Source of the DNA: Bacillota bacterium | Lineage (GTDB): Bacteria; Bacillota; Bacilli; Thermoactinomycetales; Thermoactinomycetaceae | Reading direction: 5' to 3' | Assembly (NCBI GenBank): GCA_039798385.1 | Contig: JBDKGC010000112.1 | Location: 1 to 27,224 of the forward strand | Length of the DNA stretch: 27,224 nt | Part shown: piece after piece, positions 17,401 through 24,867 of the stretch | How positions within the stretch are numbered: the first letter of the stretch is position 1 | How the letters are laid out: every line of letters begins with the position of its first letter | Notes under the pieces: model-generated | What the model saw: the letters and a program-made list of their open reading frames with translations, nothing else | What the model was told of the DNA's origin: nothing | Database searches by the model: none | Translations under genes and position numbers: made by a program

Positions 17401-17832
17401 ATGTCATTAGCTGTTTTTAAGACAGGGGATATTTGGCCTAATTCTACCACTGAGTTTGCGGGATGGTTTACCTTGACAGGGCGCGAAACTAAAACCATTT
17501 TTACTAGTTGTTGCGGAGCATCTGATCAAGCTATTTTGGCAAGATGTAGTTCTTTTTGCCGGTTAAAAATTTATTGTGGCTTATTGGCATTAACTCTTGA
17601 AGAAGCTGACGGTCCAATTGAGTGCAGAATACGTTTTTTTTATAATGGGCAACCAATTCGGCTGGACTGTACACAGAATAATCTGTCAGTTTTACCAGCA
17701 CAAGCAAAAATAGTAACGTTATCAATGCCCTTTGACAAAATTGAATTTTATTCTTATATTCCCGCGACTAAAGATACTCCTACTACAGTCAAAGGGCGTT
17801 ATCATATTACTGTTGCTGTAGGTACATCTTAA
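17401..17832 (+). CDS. Cys-rich beta-strand protein, putative Ena/DUF3992-like spore appendage subunit A
   Basis: 143 aa, 7 Cys, no signal peptide; paralog of the next gene; SD GAGAGGG. Confidence 0.6.
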   Translation: MSLAVFKTGDIWPNSTTEFAGWFTLTGRETKTIFTSCCGASDQAILARCSSFCRLKIYCGLLALTLEEADGPIECRIRFFYNGQPIRLDCTQNNLSVLPAQAKIVTLSMPFDKIEFYSYIPATKDTPTTVKGRYHITVAVGTS

Positions 17833-17854
17833 AGTAAGTAAGGAGGAACTATTA

Positions 17855-18289
17855 ATGTCGGAGTTGGTGGTTTTTAGAACGCCATATGATGCAGATGCCG
17901 GTTTTTTTGAATTACCTTTAGGGGCAACTAAGACAATTTTTGAAAATTGTTGTTTAAGTACTGTGAAAAATTTTAGTCAGCAGCAGCAATCACCATCTAC
18001 AAGTTGTAATTTTAAAGTTTATTGTGGCGTAATTACTATAAACCACGAATATGAACGCGATAATAATAGTCGTATTTTGATGGCACTTTTTTATCTTGGT
18101 ACACCAGTACAACTTGATTGTGCACCAGATGGAATTACAATTCAAAATGGTCACGCTCATACTTTTTTAATCTCAAGCCCATTTGATAAAATTACACTTA
18201 CTGCCATCGCATCAGACTCTGGTGGGGAATCTGCAGCTGTTAAAGGAAATTTTTTCTACTCCTTAGGTATTAGCACTTCTGGTTGTTAA
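17855..18289 (+). CDS. Cys-rich beta-strand protein, putative Ena/DUF3992-like spore appendage subunit B
   Basis: 144 aa, 6 Cys; shares TKTIFxxCC, K[IV]YCG, FYxGxPxxLDC, SxPFDKI and VKG with 17401..17832; SD AAGGAGG. Confidence 0.6.
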   Translation: MSELVVFRTPYDADAGFFELPLGATKTIFENCCLSTVKNFSQQQQSPSTSCNFKVYCGVITINHEYERDNNSRILMALFYLGTPVQLDCAPDGITIQNGHAHTFLISSPFDKITLTAIASDSGGESAAVKGNFFYSLGISTSGC

Positions 18290-18312
18290 ATAAAAATAAA
18301 AAAATTAACGAT

Positions 18313-18342
18313 GAATAAAAACGCTCCTGATCGAACAAACTA
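18313..18342 (+). promoter_or_regulatory. sigmaG (possibly also sigmaF)-type forespore promoter of spoIVB
   Basis: GAATA-N18-CAAACTA fits GHATR-N18-CAWAHTA; spoIVB is sigmaF/sigmaG-transcribed in B. subtilis. Confidence 0.72.
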
Positions 18343-18361
18343 TTTTTGAAAGGAGCGTTTT
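18318..18361 (+). promoter_or_regulatory. RBS-sequestering / terminator-like hairpin
   Basis: Perfect 11-bp inverted repeat AAAACGCTCCT (18318-18328) / AGGAGCGTTTT (18351-18361), plus inner stem TCGAA/TTTGA; the right arm contains the spoIVB SD. Confidence 0.7.
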
Positions 18362-19414
18362 ATGTTAAAAAAAAATAAAAAATCAAGGCTGCTGTGGCTA
18401 AAGTTGGTTTTAAATCTTTGTTTTTTTCTGATTCTAAATAAAACAATTTTAGCGGCAGCATACGTTGTTCCGGGTGGTCAATCGATTGGGGTTAAGATGC
18501 GTTCCGAAGGGTTAATGGTTGTCGGTTATCATCGACTTGATACTGATAAAGGTCATGTTTCTCCGGTGGTTAACTCGATTAAGGTTGGCGATACATTAAT
18601 TAAAATAGATGATAAACCCTTAAAAAGTATTCAAGAATTCCTTTTAGCTGTAAATAAAGCTGGTAAGGAACAAGCTAGCTTAAAAATCACGTTTATCCGG
18701 AATCAAGCAGTGTATGAAGTGGTAGTTCAACCTGTTTATAATCTTGTGGACCATGCGCATCAACTAGGGCTTTATTTACGGAATACGGCCATGGGAATTG
18801 GTACACTAACTTTTATTGATAACGAACATGAAATTTTTGGTGCTTTAGGACATGATGTCAAGGATGTCTCAACGAATAAAACTTTAACGGTTGGTGAAGG
18901 ACAGATCGTTCGTTCTAATATTAATGAGATTGAAAAGAGTAAAATTGGCGATCCTGGCGAAAAAAAGGGGTTGTTTGTAGAGGAAGGTAAAACAGTTGGC
19001 TCAATTACCAAAAATACACCCTTTGGTATTTTTGGATCGATTCGAAGTAATTGTTTTGATCAGGATGAGCAACAGCCATTACCAATTGGTAGTACTAAGG
19101 ATGTAAAGGTCGGACCAGCCATAATTCGAACCGTAGTGGAAGGGAATAAAGTAGAGGAGTTTGATATAGAAATAGTTGAAACGTCACCCGCCAAAAAAAT
19201 GACTTCCAAAGGTTTAACAATTAAAGTGACTGATCCCATACTGCTTAAAAAGACGGGTGGGATTGTGCAGGGGATGAGTGGTAGTCCTATTATCCAAAAT
19301 GGGCATTTAATAGGTGCCGTAACACATGTTTTAGTAAATGATCCGACCCAAGGGTTCGGGGCTTATATTGAATGCATGTTAAAAGAAGCTGGCTTATGGG
19401 AGCAACATCAATAA
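18362..19414 (+). CDS. spoIVB: SpoIVB signalling peptidase (S55)
   Basis: N-terminal hydrophobic segment, VVPGGQSIGVK, PDZ (IKVGDTLIKID), GIGTLTF, ALGHD, GGIVQGMSGSPIIQNG, GAVTHV. Confidence 0.96.
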   Translation: MLKKNKKSRLLWLKLVLNLCFFLILNKTILAAAYVVPGGQSIGVKMRSEGLMVVGYHRLDTDKGHVSPVVNSIKVGDTLIKIDDKPLKSIQEFLLAVNKAGKEQASLKITFIRNQAVYEVVVQPVYNLVDHAHQLGLYLRNTAMGIGTLTFIDNEHEIFGALGHDVKDVSTNKTLTVGEGQIVRSNINEIEKSKIGDPGEKKGLFVEEGKTVGSITKNTPFGIFGSIRSNCFDQDEQQPLPIGSTKDVKVGPAIIRTVVEGNKVEEFDIEIVETSPAKKMTSKGLTIKVTDPILLKKTGGIVQGMSGSPIIQNGHLIGAVTHVLVNDPTQGFGAYIECMLKEAGLWEQHQ

Positions 19415-19420
19415 TAAAAG

Positions 19421-20758
19421 GTGGGATGGGGAAAGGTGCTTTCAAAAGAATTGTTAAAAATTTTAAATAGTGTGTTAGCAGCTCTGAAACTTGATTTGGC
19501 TGACTGTACGGAACAGGAACGGGATAAGTGGAAAATATATTGGCAGGCCTGTATTAAATATATGGAAGGTGAGCAGCTGCAAAAAAAAGAAGCAACAAAA
19601 CTAGCAGGAAACAAAATAGAGGAAATTAGTTTATCAGTGCTAGAATTTAATAAATTTAGAAGCGGTATGGGGTATTTAACACTTGGGTTATGGCCCCAGG
19701 CGGCGGAACAGTTAAGGGACTTATTACACAGAAACCCTGGTTTTTATTTGGGCCGCATATATTTAGCATTAGCTTTATTTTATCAGGTGAAATATTTAGA
19801 AGCAAAAAAAGAACTAAATTTTTTATTATCAACCAAGTTTGAACCTGTTGCGTACCATCTATTGGGGTGCATCGCGCTAAATGAAAAAAACTATAGTCAA
19901 GCAAAAGCATGTTTTAGCAAAGAGCTACAGCTTGTTAGAGTGCCATCAAAAGAAGCTCTATTTAATTTGGCACTCTCACATTATATTCTAAATGAATATA
20001 ACGAAGCCGATAAATATTTTAGACTTGTTTTGCAGAAAGAAGCCGGTTGTTTTGAGACAATGAATTTTTTGGCCGAGATTGCTCGGCTGCAGGCTAAGTG
20101 GGAAGGCGTGAAGAGATGGCGAAAAGCTGCTTATGACAGGCAGTTTAGTTTGCAAATAATTGAGCAATTAGCCTATGACTATGAAGAGATGGGCAACTTT
20201 GAACAAGCTTATTATTGGTATCGATTTTTGCTAGATTTAGATGTTAACAATTTAAAGGCTTATCATGGATTAATCTGGACCTTAGTTCAACTCAATCAGA
20301 TAGACATGGCTAAAGAGTGGTTAAGAAAAGCACGTGATATACATGGTAATGTGCCGCGCTTACGATTTTTATCAGCTTGGATTATGTTATTAACCGGGGA
20401 GTTAAGCATAGCCGAACGATTTATTATGCAAGGTTTACAAGAAGAAGAGCGCCCTATCTGGCTGGCTCTTGAAAGTAGATTGTGGTCTATGAAGGGCTAT
20501 GTGAATTTTGGCTTACAGCTTGATAAATGCGAACACAATTTTTTGCGGGCCTTTGCTAGGTATCAAGCTGGTTGGCAAGCTTTAAATGCTTATAGTTTAG
20601 ACGAAGCAATTCTGAACTTTAGACAAGCAAATGTTCTAATGCCTTTATGGCGCGATCCATTACACTTAGAAGGCGCAGTCCACCTTATTAATGGTGATTT
20701 ACTCCTTTCTAATCAGTGTTTTCAGGCAATTGGTTTCAACAGTAAACATATAACTTAA
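19421..20758 (+). CDS. Tetratricopeptide-repeat protein (start may be GTG 19436)
   Basis: Several TPR-like units: AYHLLGCIALNEKNYSQAKACF, ALFNLALSHYILNEYNEADKYF, IIEQLAYDYEEMGNFEQAYYWY, AYHGLIWTLVQLNQIDMAKEWL. Confidence 0.85.
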   Translation: MGWGKVLSKELLKILNSVLAALKLDLADCTEQERDKWKIYWQACIKYMEGEQLQKKEATKLAGNKIEEISLSVLEFNKFRSGMGYLTLGLWPQAAEQLRDLLHRNPGFYLGRIYLALALFYQVKYLEAKKELNFLLSTKFEPVAYHLLGCIALNEKNYSQAKACFSKELQLVRVPSKEALFNLALSHYILNEYNEADKYFRLVLQKEAGCFETMNFLAEIARLQAKWEGVKRWRKAAYDRQFSLQIIEQLAYDYEEMGNFEQAYYWYRFLLDLDVNNLKAYHGLIWTLVQLNQIDMAKEWLRKARDIHGNVPRLRFLSAWIMLLTGELSIAERFIMQGLQEEERPIWLALESRLWSMKGYVNFGLQLDKCEHNFLRAFARYQAGWQALNAYSLDEAILNFRQANVLMPLWRDPLHLEGAVHLINGDLLLSNQCFQAIGFNSKHIT

Positions 20759-20760
20759 TC

Positions 20761-21534
20761 TTAAACTTGGCAAGTTAGAGGAACAGGATTTTGTGTAAAC
20801 CAGAGGGTTAAGATTCTAGCAATGCTGTATACGGCATTGCTCATTGCTAGCTGAAGAGGAACTGCAACTATTGAGTGCCATGTTTCTGGCTGATTGTTGG
20901 AGTAAGCCTGTTTTGATGCTGGAGTTAAAATTTGGGGTCCTAAGTCATGAGAAGACCAGGCAAGGTTCAGCACCTCGTCTTGTATGTTGGTATTAAGTGG
21001 TGGTTTGATAAAGCTATTAACATCAGGTGCAAGTCGCGAATGAAGTTGCTTTACAAACGTTTCGATTGCGGGGTGAAAGCCTATTGGTAATGAGATCGCT
21101 GTAAAATTTACGGCATGTAGGGGTATGCCTATATCAGCTAAAAAATGCAAGGCTAAGCCGAGGTAATACGTAGCTTGTGTAAAATCACAATTATTCCAGT
21201 AGGTGGTTGCTAAATTAAGTAGATAAAAAAAGTAGTCCTTAGCGGTGTCAACAAAAGGTATATAAGAACGCCCTGTTTCGGGGTTATAGAAATGGCCCGT
21301 ATAAGTTCCTAGTTGTTTATATTGCATTTTTTCATCAGCATCACGTGAGCCTGCTGCGAGCTGATCCCAATTCTTTTGAATAACCGTTAAGGCTTGCTGT
21401 ACTAGAGGTGAGGGGGAGCTTAAGCGTAGTAAGTCAATAGCCTTATAAATTAAAAACAGATGTGTGTTAGTCTGTAATTCCGTAGCAATAGGCCCGGCAT
21501 CCCAGCTCACATATAATAACGGATTATAGTACAT
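20761..21534 (-). CDS. Zinc-dependent phospholipase C family protein (B. cereus PC-PLC-like), no signal peptide
   Basis: W...NTH, ADE, GHFYNPETGRSYIPF, YYLGLALHFLADIGIPLHAVNFT, GFHPAIE correspond to PC-PLC W1, H14, D55, H69, H118, D122, H128, H142, E146. Confidence 0.9.
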   Translation of the reverse strand: MYYNPLLYVSWDAGPIATELQTNTHLFLIYKAIDLLRLSSPSPLVQQALTVIQKNWDQLAAGSRDADEKMQYKQLGTYTGHFYNPETGRSYIPFVDTAKDYFFYLLNLATTYWNNCDFTQATYYLGLALHFLADIGIPLHAVNFTAISLPIGFHPAIETFVKQLHSRLAPDVNSFIKPPLNTNIQDEVLNLAWSSHDLGPQILTPASKQAYSNNQPETWHSIVAVPLQLAMSNAVYSIARILTLWFTQNPVPLTCQV

Positions 21535-21595
21535 TTTGGTGGACTCCCTTTAAAAAAGATTAATTAATGTAATAGCCTAAGAAGCTATCTTAGCT

Positions 21596-21624
21596 AGTTA
21601 TATGCTTCAGAAAAATGAATTGTG
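21596..21624 (-). promoter_or_regulatory. Possible sigmaK-type promoter of the PLC gene
   Basis: CACA-N16-CATATAAC; the -35 and CATA match, but the conserved distal T of the -10 is displaced by 1 nt. Confidence 0.4.
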
Positions 21625-21770
21625 ACAAAAACTTGTTGGTAAAATGAGAACAAAGACTAAAGTTTTTGTAAATATTTTTATGAGGTAGCTCTCTAAGAAG
21701 GAGGGTTTATCACTTAGGGTGTGGTAGGTTTATAAATAAAGTTTGTCTTTAATCTAATAGGGTGAGAAAA

Positions 21771-23957
21771 ATGTCTAAAAAAAAGCTTAAACAAGAAGTT
21801 TGGTATCAGTTATATGGTGTTAGTTTATTAGCATTTTCGCTAATTACGATAGCGCACTGTGGTGCACTTGGACGTAGTCTGTTGTTTTTAACGCGTGTTT
21901 TTTTAGGTGTTTTTGATATTGCTCTGCCTTGTTTAGGTGTAGTTGTGGCGGTTTATCTCTTAATCTGGCAAAAGTGGCCTACCCTATGGTCTGATCGCTA
22001 TGCTGGCTATACCTGTTTGTTTTCAATGATTCTTACGTTCAATCATTACTTGTTTTGGCAAAAGATTTCTCAAGTAGGAGAACGGCGGGGTATCTTAGAT
22101 ACAACATGGCAGCTATTGTTTTCTGAACGGAGTAGCGGCGAACAACTTGAGGTTGGTAGTGGTATGCTAGGGGCTGCAATGTATGCTTCTATGCGGTTTT
22201 TATTTGATGATGTTGGGACCATTGTTATTTTAGTTGCAGTGGGTTTTATCGGCTTGTTACTTATTACTGGTGTTTCTTATGGTGATATACTAAGCTGGTT
22301 ACGAGGCGTTGTCCCCCCTTTATATACTGAAAAATGGCAAGAACATTATAAGGCGCTGCGCAGAAAAGTAGGTAAAGAGAGTGCCGCGACACTTAATGAT
22401 GAAGATGAGGACCAGGAATTAAAGTCTCAGAGTTTCACTGCACCTGTTATTCACGACTTTGCAGAGTGTATAGAAAAGGAGGTGTCAAATGATTTTAAGG
22501 GGGAGCAACCCTTAGGAAATATGGTGTCGCTTCCTGAGATCCCACAGCATGACGTTTATCATTTGCCTTCGTTAAAATTGTTAACAGTGCAAAAGAAAGT
22601 AAATTTACATAAGGAAGATGTTGCAGATAAGGCAGTAGTTTTGGCTAAGACATTAAAAAGCTTTGGGGTACAGGTGAAAGTAACTGATATTCATCGTGGT
22701 CCTGCTGTAACACGTTATGAAGTACAGCCGGAAACAGGTGTTAAGGTTAGTCGGATTGTTGGCTTGGCTGATGATCTTGCTCTAGCGCTAGCAGCAAAAG
22801 ACATTCGAATTGAGGCTCCTATTCCTGGGAAATCGGTCCTTGGTATTGAAGTACCAAGTTTGCAGGTTGCAACAGTTGGTTTGCGTGAACTATTAGAGGA
22901 TGATACCTTTCAACGAGCCTCTTCAAAGTTAAGTATATCTTTAGGACGTTCCATCTCTGGCGAACCTATCATTGCTAATTTGGTGAAGATGCCACATCTG
23001 TTAGTGGCAGGTGCTACTGGTTCAGGTAAGAGTGTCTGTATAAATAGTATGATTATGAGTCTATTATATAAGGCTACACCTAGTGAGCTTAGGTTAATTA
23101 TGATCGATCCCAAAATGGTTGAACTAAGTATGTACAATGGTATCCCTCATTTATTAGCACCAGTTGTAACTGATCCGCGTAAGGCTGCTTTAGTTTTAAA
23201 AAAGATTGTGAAGGAGATGGAAAAGCGCTATGAAATGTTTGCCAAACAAGGCGTGCGTGACATTGAGCGGTTTAATGAATTTAATCAACAGGAGAAGTTG
23301 CCTTATATTGTAGTAATTGTAGATGAACTTGCGGACTTAATGTTACTAGCCGCCCAAGAGGTAGAAGATACAATTTGTAGATTGGCACAGATGGCTAGAG
23401 CGGCGGGTATTCACTTGGTAATTGCCACACAACGACCCTCGGTAGATATTATTACAGGTGTTATTAAAGCTAATATTCCTTCACGCATTGCTTTTTCGGT
23501 CTCTTCGCAGGTTGATTCCCGAACTATCTTAGATATGGGCGGAGCAGAAAAATTACTGGGACAAGGAGATATGTTGTTTTTCCCAGTAGGGGCAGCTAAA
23601 CCACTGCGTGTACAGGGGGCCTTTGTAGCTGATAACGATGTAGAAGCTGTAATTGCTAATATCTGCCAGCAGCAGACTGCAAATTATCAAGAGGAGATGA
23701 TACCTAAGGCTAGTGAAACTTTGCCTTTGGCGCATGAGCAAACTGATGAGCTGTATGATCAAGCAGTTCGTTTAGTCTTAGACAACGAAATTGCATCAGT
23801 CTCTTTTTTGCAGCGGAAATTACGGATTGGTTATGCTCGAGCTGCACGGCTGATAGATTTAATGGAGGAGTCAGCTATTATAGGTGGCTACTCTAATGGT
23901 AAACCGCGGGAAATTTTAATCACATTAGCTGAGTATGAAGCAAAAGTTGAGTGTTAA
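21771..23957 (+). CDS. spoIIIE: FtsK/SpoIIIE DNA translocase
   Basis: N-terminal 4TM region, GPAVTRYE, PHLLVAGATGSGKS, IDPKMVEL, IVDELADL, ATQRPS, gamma domain LQRKLRIGYARAARLID; ATG 21771 preferred over GTG 21762 on SD spacing. Confidence 0.96.
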   Translation: MSKKKLKQEVWYQLYGVSLLAFSLITIAHCGALGRSLLFLTRVFLGVFDIALPCLGVVVAVYLLIWQKWPTLWSDRYAGYTCLFSMILTFNHYLFWQKISQVGERRGILDTTWQLLFSERSSGEQLEVGSGMLGAAMYASMRFLFDDVGTIVILVAVGFIGLLLITGVSYGDILSWLRGVVPPLYTEKWQEHYKALRRKVGKESAATLNDEDEDQELKSQSFTAPVIHDFAECIEKEVSNDFKGEQPLGNMVSLPEIPQHDVYHLPSLKLLTVQKKVNLHKEDVADKAVVLAKTLKSFGVQVKVTDIHRGPAVTRYEVQPETGVKVSRIVGLADDLALALAAKDIRIEAPIPGKSVLGIEVPSLQVATVGLRELLEDDTFQRASSKLSISLGRSISGEPIIANLVKMPHLLVAGATGSGKSVCINSMIMSLLYKATPSELRLIMIDPKMVELSMYNGIPHLLAPVVTDPRKAALVLKKIVKEMEKRYEMFAKQGVRDIERFNEFNQQEKLPYIVVIVDELADLMLLAAQEVEDTICRLAQMARAAGIHLVIATQRPSVDIITGVIKANIPSRIAFSVSSQVDSRTILDMGGAEKLLGQGDMLFFPVGAAKPLRVQGAFVADNDVEAVIANICQQQTANYQEEMIPKASETLPLAHEQTDELYDQAVRLVLDNEIASVSFLQRKLRIGYARAARLIDLMEESAIIGGYSNGKPREILITLAEYEAKVEC

Positions 23958-23982
23958 GTATACAAGTAGTTTTATTTCCAAT

Positions 23983-24012
23983 TTGACACTAGAGCGCAAC
24001 CTACGTTACACT
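23983..24012 (+). promoter_or_regulatory. sigmaA-type promoter upstream of pgsA
   Basis: TTGACA-N18-TACACT; implies a ~160-nt leader. Confidence 0.6.
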
Positions 24013-24177
24013 AGTAGGCAGGTTGAAATAACTTAAAGCTATAATTTTTTTAGTTCTCGTGGTATAAAAGGTTAGAAGCTTGTTATATTACCCTAGAAAA
24101 TAGTTGTGCTATCTCGATATATAATGGTTTAAAAAGCCAATTATGAATACGAGTGATTCCTCTAGGAGTGGGTTTGC

Positions 24178-24768
24178 TTGAATCTAGCTAATCAAATAAC
24201 ACTGGTACGAATTTTTTTAGCTCCTGTGGTCATGATTTTCTTGTTGGGCAAGTTTGGCATGGATAAGGTGTCCATTGGTTTAAATCATCCTCCTACTTTA
24301 GGCCAGGTTATTGCCACACTTGTTTTTGTGATAGCGGCTATTACGGATGGTCTAGATGGCTATATCGCCAGGCGGAATAGAATTGTTACCAAGCTTGGCA
24401 AATTGCTCGATCCCTTGGCTGACAAGCTGTTAATTACCGCGGCATTGATTTCACTTGTTGATATGCATCTCTTAGCAGCATGGGTTGCGATTGTTATTAT
24501 AAGTCGAGAATTTGCTGTTACTGGTATCAGACTTATTGCTGCGGTAGAAGGACGCTTAATTGCGGCTAGCACGTTAGGAAAGGTCAAGACTATTGTACAG
24601 ATTCTGGCTATCGCTTCTAGTATGTTAAATAATTTTCCCTTCGCTTATTTAAGCGAACCGTTGGCAAATCTATTTGCTGGAATCGTAACTTGGATAGCGG
24701 TTTTAATCACCATTTGGTCGGGGTTAGATTATTTTTATAAAAACAGAAGTATAGTATTCTCTGTATAA
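24178..24768 (+). CDS. pgsA: CDP-diacylglycerol--glycerol-3-phosphate 3-phosphatidyltransferase
   Basis: NLANQITLVR, CDP-alcohol motif DGLDGYIARR...GKLLDPLAD, SREFAVTG. Confidence 0.96.
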   Translation: MNLANQITLVRIFLAPVVMIFLLGKFGMDKVSIGLNHPPTLGQVIATLVFVIAAITDGLDGYIARRNRIVTKLGKLLDPLADKLLITAALISLVDMHLLAAWVAIVIISREFAVTGIRLIAAVEGRLIAASTLGKVKTIVQILAIASSMLNNFPFAYLSEPLANLFAGIVTWIAVLITIWSGLDYFYKNRSIVFSV

Positions 24769-24867
24769 ACAAGGCTTTTTAGAGGAATAATAATAATTGT
24801 TGCACGATACGGACGGGGCAAAAGTTGAGAATGTTTTAGGCATTCTAAAGAAGGGTGTAAGTATTTT

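Noticed and set aside
22910-23762. Minus-strand ORFs inside spoIIIE
   Set aside because: Antisense shadows without features.
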